From contig OX597817.1 in the NCBI GenBank assembly GCA_951406725.2, positions 78,678,001 through 78,742,000 on the forward strand: DNA of 64,000 nucleotides, given 5' to 3'. The notes under the pieces were generated by a model. The model made no database searches and had not been told where the DNA came from. It was given only the letters and a program-made list of their open reading frames with translations. Origin of the DNA: Octopus vulgaris (taxonomy: Eukaryota). A program made the position numbers and the translations under genes. Position 1 is the stretch's first letter, and each line of letters opens with the position of its first letter. Positions 1-14,240 of the stretch are shown here, piece after piece.

Positions 1-203
1 ATAGAGGGGACAAACAAGGACAGATAAAGAGATTAAGTCGATTACATCGACCCCAATGCATAACTGGTACTTAATTTATCGACCCCGAAAGGATGAAAGG
101 CAAAGTCGATCTCGGCAGAATTTGAACTCAGAATGAAACAGCAGACGAAATACTGCTCAGCATTTCGCCCGGCATGCTAACGTTTCTGCCAGCTCGCTGC
201 CTT
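1..203 (-). mobile_element. tRNA-derived SINE, family A (Meta-domain-like core); partial copies follow at ~250-367 and ~415-602
   Basis: Minus strand: A-box-like GAGCTGGCAGAA, B-box GTTCAAATTC, core GCCTTTCATCCTTTCGGGGTCGATAAATTAAGTACC; many copies in the window. Confidence 0.8.
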
Positions 204-1708
204 CAATATCATTATTAAAATATATTATTAAAATATATTCTTTTCTGCTCTAGGCACAAGGCCTGAAATTTTGGGGGAAGTGGCCAGTCAATTAGATCAA
301 CCCCAGTATGCAACTGGTACTTAATTTATCGACCCTGAAAGGATGAAAGGCAAAGTCGACCTCGGCAAAATATATATTAAAATATATTATAACAAATATT
401 TATGGCTATCAAATATTGGCTTGAAATTTTGGTACAAGGGCAGTAATTTTGAGGGAAGAGATAAGTTGATTATATCGACCACAGTACTCAACAGGTACTT
501 ATTTTATCATGCCTGAAAGGATGAAAGGCAAAGTTGACATTGGTGGGAGTTGAACTCAGAAATGGGCGAAATGCTGCTAAGCATTTTTCCTGGTGTGCTA
601 ATAATTGCACTCTCTCAACACATTATGGATATCAAAGCTTTCATTTGCTTGTTTCAGTTATTGGATTACGGCCTTGCTGGGGCACTATCTTCATTTGAAT
701 TTAATCACCTCCAACACTGTTTTTGTTTCTTTTTAAGCCTGGTACTTGCTATATTGATTGGAGCCTGGTGCTGCTGCTGACTCTCCAAACCTCAGTCAAG
801 CCGTCCACCCCATGCCAGCATGGAAAACAGTCCTTAATCGATTAGTATTTGTTAACAGAATTTTCAATTTTTTCTTTTTTATGTGTTAGTCAAAATGGTC
901 GGAGCAGTACCAGTAAACTTTGTAAACTCCAAACCCCATTGGTAATCTTAACATTGCCCCTTGAAATTAAAATCTGCACTAAAAGTAAGTTTGAGAAGTG
1001 AACTGGAGTCTAATCCAAATGCAGTTGAACTTTGGTTTACAAATTTAATTCATTCCTGAAGGTCGTTTGTTGCCCAAAATGTTTGCAAACCAAGACTGTT
1101 ATCCTCCATAGGAAATTCAAAATAAGGCATGGCAAATTGAAGCAGGAATATCCACTGGGTGAAAGCTAGACAGTAACTGACTCTCTCCTGCTAATACACC
1201 CATCTTGATGCCAACCATTGTTCCCAGCTTGCATATACATTATTCAAGATACTGTTTGTCACCTGAGACATTTTATGTTAAAAGTATTGTTTGTAAACCA
1301 TTTTGTTTAGGATGGGAGATGTTCATAAATCGAGAGTCCACTGTATTTCAAAGATAATCTAAGACTAGTGGGTGTTGTTAAACTCAGTGGTATATGTCTC
1401 TGAAGGAAATTGAAAGATAATGATTAGAAGACATATTCTATTCTAAAAAAATAATTGTTTTTAAATCTTCAGACAATCTACGAACAAATTATCAGTCATT
1501 AAACAGAAAAAAATTATTATTTGCAATAAATTACCATATATATCTATTACAAAATTAGTAATATCTTCCTCCCATCATGGTTACCCTTCCAGTAACAAAG
1601 AGAACTGATTTTGCCTTTAGGCTTTCCAGTTTTAGGTCTCTAAACCAAATTCAATCCTTTGAACTCAGCCTCACACAATCTGCTAATAATTGCACTACAT
1701 CAACATAG

Positions 1709-2025
1709 GGAGGCGCAATGGACCAGTGGTTAGGGCAGTGTACTCGCAGTCAGAGGATCGCAGTTTCGATTCCCAGACCGGGCGTTGTGTGTGTTTATTG
1801 AGCGAAAGCACCTAAAGCTCCACGAGGCTCTGGCAAGGGTTGGTGGCGACCCCTGTTGTACTCTTTTGCCCCAACTTTCTCTCACTCTTTCTTCCTATTT
1901 CTTGAGTAATGCTGCGATGGACTGGTGTCCCGTTCAGCTGATGGGGACATATACACCATAGAAACTGGGAAACCGGGCCCATGAGCCTGGCTAGGCTTGA
2001 AAAGGATGCATAAATAAATAAAATA
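1709..2025 (+). mobile_element. tRNA-derived SINE, family C
   Basis: GGAGGCGCAATGGACCAGTGGTTAG head, GTTTCGATTCCC B box, (TAAA)n tail; related heads at 8930, 25988 (-) and 59528. Confidence 0.78.
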
Positions 2026-2315
2026 ACATCAACATAGTCTTCAACATAGGGACGGATGTGGCTGTGTGGTTAAGAAGTTTGCTTTGCAACCGTTTGTATT
2101 CAAGTTCATCCCTACTATGAGGCACCAGGAGCAAATGTCTTCAAATGGGTTGATCAGTGCCTTGTGAGGGTATTTTGTTGGTGGAGACTGTGTGGAAGCT
2201 CATTACATATACTTATGTAATGTATTCACCCTGAGAAAGTCTCCCATATATGTATATACGGGAGACTTTCTCAGGGTGAATACTGTAGTATTAAGGTGCT
2301 CATATATACATATAT

Positions 2316-2704
2316 CTTTTACTTGTGTTAGAGTCATTTGATTGTGGCCATGCTGGGGTACTGCCTTGAAGAATATTTAGTTGAATTAATCAATCCCATT
2401 ATTTATATTTTGTTAAACCTGGTATTTATTCAATCAGTTTCTCTTCCTGAACAGCTGTGGTACAGGGATGTAAACACACCAACACTGAATGACAAGTGGT
2501 GGTGGTGGGACACAAAGATACACACATACACACACACACTCACAGAGGATGGACTTCTTTCATTTTCTGTCTGCCAAATCCACTCACAAGGCTTTGGTCA
2601 GCCCGAGGCTATAGTAGAAGGCACTTGCCCAAGGTGCCATGCAATGGGACTGAACCCAGGACCATGTGGTTGGGAAGCAAGTTTCATACCACACAACCAT
2701 GCCT
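2316..2704 (-). mobile_element. SINE family B, full length (head-only copies also at ~2049-2200 +, 3462-3636 -, 5742-5900 +)
   Basis: Reverse-complement similarity to 31177-31583. Confidence 0.78.
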
Positions 2705-3227
2705 ATATATATATATATATTAATGATGGAGGCAGTATCATTACTGAATAGCAACCTTACTAACTTGAAGTGAAAGTATGTATATAAATATATATATATG
2801 GACATATATTTCGTTTTTGTATTTGGTTTGCAAGATTCTTTATGTAAATTCGTGTGTTGAAGCATATTTTATTGTGTCTGGGGAGAGTCATTCTCTTTTA
2901 GTGCCTTATTAATCTAACACACTCACTGGTTCGATTTTCACTCATTTACATTTTTATCTTCTCTAAAATTTTTGTGGCTCCTGAAGAAGTTGCAAGAGGC
3001 AGCAAAAATTTTAGAAAAAATAAATAAGTAAATGAGTGGAAATTGAACCAGTGTGTGTGTTAAGTAATAAGGCACTAAAAGAGAATGACTCACCCCAGAC
3101 ACAATAATATATATATATATATATATATATTGATAGAAATGGTAAGACAACAAAAGAATGAAAGAGACCTCGATATTATATAAATAGAAGAATTTATCCG
3201 TAAATGTAATATGTGACAATTATTCGG

Positions 3228-3301
3228 TAGCCATGATAAAACTCCGAGTTTCAGATGTCGGGGTGGAAATCCATGCTGCCATCTCTTCAGTTATCCGGCT
3301 A
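3228..3301 (-). ncRNA. Hammerhead-like motif in a Penelope-like terminal fragment
   Basis: TAGCCgGATAA-CTGAAGA-GATG...CATCt-GAAA-CT cgg AG-TT-TTATCatGGCTA. Confidence 0.6.
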
Positions 3302-3349
3302 TCGGAAAAAAAATACATACATACATACATTCATACATATATACATACA

Positions 3350-3383
<34 letters not shown>

Positions 3384-3422
3384 CACACACACACATATAT
3401 ATATACATATATATACACGCAT

Positions 3423-3453
<31 letters not shown>

Positions 3454-4889
3454 CACACACATATGATAAGCTTCTTTCAGTTTCTGTCCACCAAATTCAC
3501 TTATGAGGCATTGGTCAGCCTGAAGTCTATAGTAGAAGATAAATGCTCAAGGTGTCATGCAGTGGAACTGAAACTAAAACCATGTGGTTGGTGGGTTGGT
3601 AAGCAAGCGTCTTACCACACAGCCATACCTGCGCCTAAAACAATAAACAAAATAACAGACATGATATTTTTCTCATAGAGCAAGTCTAGAAGCTCCAATA
3701 AATATTTTTTCATCTCAGTTATATAAACAGAATAATCTCAGGAACTAATAAGTAATAGGCTGGTAAATAAAACTTCTAATAAACAAACACCGCCTTTGTT
3801 TGGAAGCAGGCTTTGAACAGTAAAGCGAATGGATATCATCACAATGTTATCGATAATAATCGAGATCTTCTGGTCTGTTTCTACAACTTGGTATTAGATA
3901 CTCAACTTTAAAACTACATTCCTGTCTGGGATAAAACCTGATTTTACAGAGCATTGATAAATACCGAATGTTGTACTGTTTCCAGTTTAGAGGATTTCGA
4001 TTTTACAATCAATACGTTCCTTCTCCATAACCTTGCACCTCGCACCTTCTACTTCCCTCTCCCCAAACCTCCAATCTGCTCTCCATTTCTCTCTCCTTCT
4101 CCTTCTCTCAAACTCTCTAGATATCCTTCGATGTCTTGCTTTTTCTCTCTCTTTATTGATTCTTCTTTTCTTTGTTTTGTTTTCATTCACTCCAGCCATC
4201 TTTGTCTCTTCCTTCACTTATTTGTTTTTCTTGGATTAATCTTTAGACACTCTCCAAATTATCCCACTTTTAATCACTTTATTTTTCTTACTCCACCCCC
4301 TCTTTATTCTCACTCTCTCTCTCTTTCTTCATCATTTCCTCTCTCTCTCTCTCTCACTCGTTTTTTTTCTCTTTTTCTCTGTCTTCCCTTTCTTTCAAAT
4401 CATTTTCTTTCACATTTTCATCTTTCACTATTACTTTATCTATCTTTCACTATTTCCACACACACACACACACACATACACGCATAATCTTTCCTTCTTT
4501 CTCTCTCCTTCTCTCTGTTTCTCCCTCTTTCTCCCCACCTCTCTCTCACATCTTATTTCTCTTCCTCCTCACATTCTGCATCTCCCTTTCACCTTCTCTT
4601 TCGTTGTCTTCCTCTCTGTGTCAAAATATAACAGCATCCAATACAGTCCCTGTAGTCTTTCATACTAACCTTCTCAAGTAATTTCATTTAACTCTGTTAC
4701 TAGTTATTTAGTAGCCTCTCCCTACCCCATTGACTCTTCTTCTTCTTCTTCCTCCTCCTCCTCCTTCTTCTCCTGGTTTTGCTTCTTTTTCCACTTCTCC
4801 TCTTCCTTTTCCTCTCCTTCCTCCTCCTCCTCTTCTTCCTTCTATTCTTCTTACTTTTCTATCTTTCCTTCATTCCCTACCCCAATCCC

Positions 4890-5343
4890 TCTGTCTGTCT
4901 GTTTCTCTGTATGTCTCTGTCTCTGGCTCTCTTTCTCTCTCTCTCTCTTTCTCTCTGACTCTCTCTCTCTGGTTCTCTCTCTCTTTCTCCCTGGCTCTCT
5001 CTTTCTCTCTGGCTCTCTTTCTCTTTCTCTCTGGCTCTCTCTCTCTCTTTCTCTCTGGCTCTCTCTTTCTTTCTCTTTGGCTTTCTCTATCTTTCTCTCT
5101 GGCTCTCTCTCTCTCTCTTTCTCGGTGGATTTCTCTTTCTTTCTCTCTGGCTCTCTCTCTCTTTCTCTCTGGCTCTCTCTCTCTTTCTCTCTGGCTCTCT
5201 CTTTCTTTCTCTCTGGCTCTCTCTATCTCTCTCTCTCTCTTTCTCAGTGGATCTCTCTTTCTTTCTCTCTGGCTCTCTCTATCTCTCTCTCTCTCTTTCT
5301 CAGTGGATCTCTCTTTCTTTCTCTCTGGCTCTCTCTCTCTCTC
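4890..5343. repeat. CT-rich minisatellite (ctctctttctctctggct-like units)
   Basis: Recurrent ~18-22-nt units, almost pure pyrimidine with periodic GG. Confidence 0.85.
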
Positions 5344-6342
5344 ATTTTTTTCTTCATTACTTACCAGTTGTAATCAGACCATAACAAACAATAGATTTTG
5401 GTTTACAAATTATGAATGATAAGTCAGGAGTAAGAAAAAAAAACTGCCAATAATATATTACTCACAGACACAATAAACTGAAAAGCTATTCAATCAGATT
5501 TTGGTTTGGTTTACATTTTCATAAGACGACCAAAGATCAAGTAGGAACTGATTTTTGGTTTCTCTCTACTTGTCTATCTATCTTGGCTATAATGATGATC
5601 ATTGTGCTCTATCCAAGGGCTTAGAACTTAACTTGTTCAACTTGCCTTTAGCAGAAGCAGTTTATGTGGTCTACCTGCTTAGAATAACTTGTACAGATAC
5701 CTGAATGGAAGTACTACTCTCACAAAATGCTACATCAAATCGGTACAGGTGTGGCTGTGTGGTAAGAAGATTGTTTACCAATCACATGATCTTCAGTTCA
5801 GTTTCACTGCTTGGCAACTTTGGTCAAGTGGCTACTGCTATAGCTCTTGGCTGACCAAAGCCTTGTGAGCTGATTTGATAGACAGAAACTGAAAGCCCAC
5901 AATATATATATATATATATATATGTATATGTATGTATATAATTATAATTTAGTGTATCTAAGAGATACCACCACGCTGGAAATAGCAGCCAAAACTTGAC
6001 TCTAATACCACATTAGATGTTCATACAGCACCAGGAGAGAAGACAAAGACACAAAATATACTAGCCAAAAAGAAATTACTGGATAATTCCAGATCCTGGA
6101 TTTCTGATTCTGCATAAGAAATGCTCTGCCTTCATCAGTTGAATATACTCAGATAGCACATAAATACAGATTTATATTTATATATATACAACATACAAAT
6201 ACTTACATATACGAATGTATACATAGATATATACCAGTTTAAATTGCCTGCCTAAAACTTCTTGTGCGATATGGTCAAAATACCACTAGAGTGAATATAA
6301 TGACGAAATAAATTTATATAATATATATATATATATATATAA

Positions 6343-6597
6343 AATAATAAATGCACACTTTTATGGCCTAGCCAGGCTCATGGGCCCGGTGTCCTAGTTT
6401 CTATGGCGTATGTGTTCCCCAGCTGGACAGGACGCCAGTCCATCACAGCATTACTCATTTTTGCCAGCTGAGTGGATTAGAGCAACGTAAAAGGAAGTGT
6501 TTTGCTCAAGAACACAACGCGTCGCCCGGTCCAGAAATCGAAACCACAATCTTACGATCATGGTGCTGACACCCTAACCACTAAGCCATGCACCTCC
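6343..6597 (-). mobile_element. tRNA-derived SINE, family D
   Basis: Minus strand: GGAGGTGCATGGCTTAGTGG, GGTTTCGATTTC, CTTGAGCAAAACACTT core, CACTCAGCTG. Confidence 0.75.
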
Positions 6598-6679
6598 ACA
6601 TATATATGTGTGTGTGTGTGCGTGTGAGTGTGTGTGCATGTGCACATATGTGTGTGTAACTGCATTGTTTCTTTCCAGG

Positions 6680-7092
6680 CAAACTGATGTCTGACTGTTC
6701 AAAGAAAACTTCGAAAGTGTTCTTGCTTCATCAGGGTGGCTCCCCAGCACACAAGTCCTTGGTGTCACTGGCTGCTATGCATAACTGTGGCTTTGAACTG
6801 GTTGGTAATGCTCCCCGTTTACCTGATTTAACCACCATCTGCCTATCATCGGTTCACCAACATGTAAAAAAAAAAACCACTTGGCTGGGAACCAGTATTG
6901 CAGTGATGATGATGTCATATCTGCTGCTGATGACGTTTTTGACTTTTTTCACCATGTGATCCAAGTACTGTAACACTGAAAGAAGAAGTGTTTGGACTGC
7001 AAGGGGGACTATGGTGAAAAAAATGTACCTCATTTGGTCACATTCCATGAGAGTATCTTGGTCAGCCAATGAACTTTTCAGCTGACCCTCAT
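6680..7092 (+). pseudogene. Mariner transposase 3' relic with right TIR
   Basis: LLHQGGSPAHKSLVSLAAMHNCGFELVGNAPRLPDL resembles HQDNAPAH...HPPYSPDL; ends in aacttttcagctgaccctcata. Confidence 0.78.
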
Positions 7093-7194
7093 AACTTGCA
7101 AAGCAGAAGACAGGGGAACAGGAAAGGAAAATACTCCCACTATTGATTGAATGGGCACTTTAAAATACTAACACTTCAGTCATTTTGCAGTATA

Positions 7195-7398
7195 CAGAGT
7201 GGCCCAAAAGTAGGTTTACAGTTATTCAACTATCTCTTTTGTATCCATATATTAACAGTTTAGATCTTAATTATAAAAAAATATGAAACCATTATTCTAT
7301 GATCATTTAGTTAATTTTGTCAAGCTCCCTTTTCAGTTTGTAAGATGGAAATTTAAAGTGCCTACATGATGACTGCAAACTACTTTTGGGCCACTCTG
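7195..7398. mobile_element. Tc1/mariner-type MITE
   Basis: TIRs CAGAGTGGCCCAAAAGTAG / CTACTTTTGGGCCACTCTG flanked by TA on both sides. Confidence 0.88.
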
Positions 7399-7740
7399 TA
7401 TAGAAATTTTTTCAGTTCTGTTCATATCTGTTGGTAGGAAATGTGATAATGCTTAAATAAAAATGCAAAAAAATACTGATAAGAAGACAAACACAATGCA
7501 CTTTTTCTATTTTACCATTTTTCAGAATCTAAATGGAATCATGATATAGGATTAATTAGACAGAACCAGTATCACTGAATTACCGATATTCAGATCATCT
7601 CTACTGGAAGGCAGAAAGGTTAAGTCAATTAAATCAACCATAACAGATATGAAAACCATTTTGTGTAGATTGGCATCATACCACAAATCTATCACTCAAT
7701 TTTTGAATAAGGAATAATAGTTTCAGTAGAAATTTATATA

Positions 7741-7772
<32 letters not shown>

Positions 7773-7822
7773 CATATATATATATATACATATATATATA
7801 CAATGTATATATATATATATAT

Positions 7823-7868
<46 letters not shown>

Positions 7869-8089
7869 GTTGTGTGTCAATTCTTACCTCTTGTGATTTA
7901 GTTCTTGAAGAAAATGTAACTGGATTTGTTTGGTGTAAAGATTAAGCTTTTAGATTAGCTTAACTTTTTTAACCTTACATAGAAGTATTAGGATTATTAA
8001 CATCAGTTTAGTTTTAGGGATCAATTCTTTAAACATTGAATTTTGTAATAATATAACACATTGATTAAATGTGAATGCATGATACATAA

Positions 8090-8290
8090 GTATGTGTATG
8101 TATGTACATATATATGTATGTGTATATATATATGTATGTGTATATATATATGTGTGTGTGTGTGTGTGTATATATGTATGTATCTATATATATATATATA
8201 CATTGTATATATATATATATGTATATATATATATGTATATATATGTGTATGTATTATGTATATATGTATATATGTATATATGTATATATG

Positions 8291-8330
<40 letters not shown>

Positions 8331-8366
8331 ATATGTATATATATATATACATTGTATATATATATA

Positions 8367-8460
<94 letters not shown>

Positions 8461-8500
8461 TAGATAGATAGATAGATATAGATATAGATATACACATATG
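8090..8500. repeat. Representative long (TA)n/(TG)n/(TAGA)n compound microsatellite
   Basis: Directly visible; dozens of similar tracts occur (e.g. 10550-10870, 12480-12990, 24040-24540, 62520-63440). Confidence 0.95.
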
Positions 8501-8929
8501 TACATATTATATACATAAAAGGTTTCATACAGTGACTCTTGAAATTTTGCCTTGCTAGCATTCATCGGACTGTGGCACATTTGGTTTTCTCTTGGTTCCT
8601 CTGATGAGTTGTTTTACTGGGACTGATGGAGAAGTGGGTTATGCTAATTAGGTTTGGGGTAGGTATGCCCAAAAAGTAGATGTTCAAGCAGGTGTAATAA
8701 ATGAGGATAGGAGGCAACTAGGTATATAGTGTAAGTTTTGATGGAATAATCTTATAGAAAATTTTACTGTTTTATGTGGCAGTTGGGTTATTAATCTGAG
8801 TTTAGTCAAGCATGTAAAACTTTGCAATCTGGTGTGTCTTGTTTAATTGTATCACACCTGATTACAAAGTTTTACCTGTTGTTTTCTACTGCAGAAATTT
8901 CCGCTTTTAGAACTGTATCTCTCATCAGG

Positions 8930-9222
8930 TGGAGGCACATGGCCTATTGGTTAGAGCAGTGGACTCATGGTCAAGGGATCATGGGTTCAAATCTCAGACC
9001 GGGCGATGTGTGTATTTATGAGTGAAACACCTAAACTCTATGCGACTCCAGCAGAAGGTAATGGCGAACTTCTGCTGACACTTTCACCACAACTTTCTCT
9101 CACTCTTTCTGCCTGCATCTTGCTGCTCACATGCAACGTCCTGTTCAGGTGGGGAACTTATACGCAAAAGAAACTGGGAAACCGACACTTATGAGCCAGG
9201 CGTGGCTCGAGAATGAACAAAC
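8930..9222 (+). mobile_element. SINE family C variant
   Basis: ggaggcacatggcctattggttag...ggttcaaatctcagaccgggc...aactttctctcactcttt. Confidence 0.72.
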
Positions 9223-10169
9223 AATCTCTCATTAGACAGTGTCAAAAACAAAAGAAAAGCAGGATTTTTCTCTTATCAAGAGAAATTTTGCTATCAGTTG
9301 TGTGGAGTCACACTAAACTTACGTTATCATTTTAAAAATTAAGTCTCCTCATACAAACTCTCAAGGTTACAAAACAATCCATGATTAATTCAAAACAATG
9401 TGGATAAACAAACATTACATTCAACAAAGTAATCTAAATGCTAAAGGGTTTAATTAATTTTGACAGTAATAAAGAATTTCGAATTTCCTTAAATGAATGT
9501 CATTACTAAGTTTAATATTAAATATTGATGGAACGTTTTAATTAAGGTCACATAAAAGCAGAAAATTTATATGGAATCAAGGGCAGTATCAGGTGAGTTG
9601 GTATCAGAAGGGTTAATAAGGGTCTTCTTGTAGTTACTTCTGGCCATTCCTAATTGATACAACTTATTGTTAAAGGCACTTCAAGTTTGACACTCCAGGC
9701 ACATTTCATCTAAAGCTATATTATCCAATGTGTCCTTAAAAAAAATTTAGGGTGTGATTTGAGGAATATTTCACAACATGTTCAGTGATTGTAAATTAGC
9801 TCCTACTTGTTTGATTTTATAATATTACATATGGTGCAACACTTGCAAATCATTGTTATTTATTTATCCAAATTGTCTACGCTTTGTTGAGATAATGCAA
9901 TACATAGGCAATTGTCAGAGAGGGAATTCATTTATAAACTTGTGATAAAATTAAAATACATTGCTGATATTTTTTCAAGCTAGAAGGACCAATATTAGAT
10001 GTAAATTAGGTTTTGACACATTCTTTCATTCCAGCTCTAATGTTGGTTCGATATATGGGTCTTGTTAATTGTTATTTACCAGTAACCTGATTATAGAGTT
10101 GGAATATTTACTATTATTTAAAAGATGGCACTATTTGAGGCTTTAGACTACACAGAATATACAGGACAC

Positions 10170-10215
<46 letters not shown>

Positions 10216-10335
10216 CTACTTTATCCTTAGGGAGTACAATGCTGTGTAGAGTTTGCTTAATTATCCTCCTCAGAATTGTCTCATTAGTTTTGTAATGAGA
10301 GTCATGTGATTTATTTTGGTTATAACCAATTATAC

Positions 10336-10385
<50 letters not shown>

Positions 10386-10670
10386 ATGTATAAATGTATG
10401 TACATGTGTGTGTTTGTGTCTTGTCTGGTTTATTTGTGTTTGGGGTGGAAGTGTTAATTACTTTTTGGTTGAATTCATACATAGATTATTGTCTATCAGT
10501 TTGTTTGTGTAGCCAGTATTGATTAGATTTTGTTTTACATGTGTGTGTTTGTGTGTGTGAGTGTATATATGTATATATATATATAGAGAGAGAGAGAAAG
10601 AGACATATATATATAGACATATATAAACATATATATATATACATATATGTATGTACATATATATATATGT

Positions 10671-10703
<33 letters not shown>

Positions 10704-10736
10704 AAACACACACATACACATATATATATGTATGTA

Positions 10737-10794
<58 letters not shown>

Positions 10795-11149
10795 AGAGAT
10801 ATATAGATATAGATATAGATATATACATTATACATACGTATACATATATGCATATATATGTATATATCCATATAATGTCACAGAATCTGATTAGTGCTTA
10901 AATACACAGGCTGGATTATACGCTAAATATGGAATCTTCAAGTTAGTAAAGTTTGGCACAAACCTATGAAGATTTCATGTTGCAGTCATCTTCTTAACAC
11001 CACACTAATTAATGCTAAGTTATTATACACCTATATGGATCAACAATAGTACAGAAACTCGCAAGCATGCATACATGCATATATCATGATGCCATAGATG
11101 GCATAACATGTATTAAGGGCTGAGAGTAGTCAAAGCTAATAATATATAC

Positions 11150-11525
11150 ACATCATCATCATCATTGTTTGACCGTGGTCGAGACAATGGAATTTACCAT
11201 GCTACGCCAGACTTCACGGTCCATCATGGCATTACAGAGGTCCTGTTGCTGGATGCCTGTATCCCTGGAGATTACATCAGGGTAGGAGAGTGTGCTCCCT
11301 CTGGTATTGCGAGTAGATGGCTTCCAGAGGAGAAGAGTAGAAATTACTTCTTTTTCAGCTCTACAACAATGCCCAGCAAACTGGACTCTCCTACCTTTCA
11401 CAAGAGATGACACAGGTGGTAGTTTCCCATATATTTGCATTTTGGTTGGATGGCGCTTCAACGAGAGATTTTGAGCTCTCATAAGGAGGCGAGTGTAGGT
11501 TCCATCCAACCGCCTCTCAAGCTTC
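11150..11525 (-). mobile_element. 5'-truncated RTE/RTEX-like LINE 3' end
   Basis: Open frame [18 protein letters not shown]...RRVQFAGHCCR...AMMDREVWR, then stop and a (GAT)n tail. Confidence 0.85.
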
Positions 11526-12159
11526 TTTATATATACACAAACACAGACACACTTACATATATATATGTGTGTGTGTGTATACATATATATATATGTGTGT
11601 GTGTACATATATATAAATATATACATATATATATATTTTGAAATTGTATGGATAATACCGTACCAAATTCTAGTGCCTCAACTTAAGTACCATATTCATC
11701 TGAATCTAAAATTTTACTGAACTCATATATATATATATATTATCATAAGAGATACACATATATACATATATAATCCAACCTATGACACTATGGAAAATGG
11801 ATGATATAAGATGATGTGGATGATGATAATATACATAAGCACACACACACAAACATATTATATCTGTGAACTAAAGTTAAATCATTGGTGTAGCCATGAT
11901 ATTCTGGTGATCTGATAAGCTAGATTTCTTTATTTGCATTAAATTGTGAATATACAATTTTATATTAAAAATTTCATAATGGTGAGCATAGATATAAATG
12001 CAGACATGTATGCATGATTTGTTCCATACTGAAATTAATACTACATGGAGAAAGTTACGAAACAGCTATAATCCTATGGGAGAAAAATGACTAAATAAAC
12101 ATATATTCACTTCGCATATCACTTGAATTTATGGCTTCATATGCTCCTGATATAACACA

Positions 12160-12204
<45 letters not shown>

Positions 12205-12479
12205 ACACACAGATATTAAGTATTATATAATATAACTTCACTCTCATGTTCTTAATCTATGTATTTTGCTTACTGCAGTGGCATAGTGTGAGTTTTAGCT
12301 GCCCTGTATAGTAACAAAATTAGGGACTAGCTTCCTTAAATATGACATGCCTTTGGCTACAGTAATTGCCTTACATTCCCCACCAAAAGTGGCAGCTCAC
12401 CCAGCACCCCTGACATTACAACACTGAATCAGTATGTCTCATTAGTGATACTCCCAACTATTTATTCATGTTCGCTAAA

Positions 12480-12547
<68 letters not shown>

Positions 12548-12932
12548 ATGTATGTATATACGTATGTATATGTATGTAATATAGATTATATATGTGTGTA
12601 TGCATATCTATCTATCTATCACGATAGATAGATAGATAGATAGATAGATATGCATACACACATATATAATGTATATACACAGATATACATACATATACAT
12701 ATATATATGCATGTATATTTATATACATATATATATATACTCACACATATATATATTTTCATATATACACACATATATATACTTTATATATATGTGTTTG
12801 TATATATATATATATGTATGTATGCATATATATGTGTGTGTGTGTGTAGATAGATAAATAGATAGGTAGATAGATATATATACACACACACACACATACA
12901 CACACACACACATATATACATACATGCCGTAA

Positions 12933-12981
<49 letters not shown>

Positions 12982-13222
12982 GCATACAAGAATATATACA
13001 TTTATGGTGTGTGTTGCATGTGTTTGTACATGTTTAAACTAATGAGGCAGATAAAGTACTTTTTATCTTCTTCCAATTCCCTTCAAACTTTAGTTTGGAG
13101 AATGTTTTACAGAAAGTAAAACCTGAATATAAATCTAACCCCATCTCTCTCTCTTACTCTCTCTCTCTCTCCTGCACTCTGTCTCTCTTTTTCTTTCCCT
13201 CCCCTCTCTCTCTTTCTCTATT

Positions 13223-13254
<32 letters not shown>

Positions 13255-13386
13255 CTTCTTTCCTTACCAGTCTCTCATATGCACCCACAAAAACATAAGC
13301 ATACATGCTGCAGGATAACAGGAACGGGTGTTTTTGATATAATTCTAATGTGAAAAATTTAAATATTAATAATAATAATAATAATG

Positions 13387-13429
<43 letters not shown>

Positions 13430-13884
13430 TAACAATAATAACAACAATAATAACAACAACAATAATAATAACAATAATAATAATGATAAATAGGAACAAA
13501 AATAGAAAGTCATATGATATCTATGAGGAGAAATAAGCTCAAACTTTATAAGAAAACAAAAGATGAATATTTCAAACAATAAAAAAAGGAACAGTTAAAA
13601 AAAAAACTGCCAAAAATGAACAAACACATTGCTTCTTTAAAACTGATTCCTTACCAAACCCGACCACCCCCACCCAACTCCTCACACCACCAGTTCCATT
13701 AAGAAATGTAATAATTTCAAATATCAACAGTCAATCAGGTGAGGATTTTTTGTTTATTTTTTTTCTTTTAATTTTTTTTTATTTTATACTTGACCTTTCA
13801 ACATTATTTAGAATTTTGGATGTTAGTTTGGTTAGGGTTCGGGGTTTCAAGTTTGGTGTCTGGAGGTTTTAAGTTTTGGGGATA

Positions 13885-14172
13885 GATGTAGTAGTGATGA
13901 TGGCGATGATGATGATGATGATGACGAGGACAACAACAACGATGATGATGAAGATGTTGATGAGGATGATGATGAATATGATAATGATGATGATGATGAT
14001 GAATATGATAATGATGATGATAATGGTGGTGGTGGCGGTGGTGGTGGTGGTAGTGAGGATGATGGTGATGGTGAGGATACGACGATGAGAACGACAGTGA
14101 GGATGATCATGGTAATCGTAATGATGATGTGGATGAAGACGACAATGATAATGATGTTGACAACGATGAAAA

Positions 14173-14206
<34 letters not shown>

Positions 14207-14240
14207 GGTGGTGGTTGTGGTAATGATGTTGATGATGGAA
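13885..14240. repeat. (GAT)/(GGT) trinucleotide compound repeat
   Basis: Directly visible; similar tracts at 45175-45715 and 56740-57110. Confidence 0.92.

Noticed and set aside
1709-1785. tRNA-like sequences at SINE heads
   Set aside because: They have A/B boxes but no complete cloverleaf or terminator, and each is attached to a repeat body, so they are not tRNA genes.
6085-6137. Minus-strand CTGATGA...GAAA hammerhead-like spacing (similar at ~8520-8575)
   Set aside because: Stems I and II are too degraded to support from this copy alone.
9436-9616. AAGGGTTAA / TTAACCCTT piggyBac-like ends (also ~48620 and 60631)
   Set aside because: Only unpaired, diverged termini; element boundaries could not be defined.
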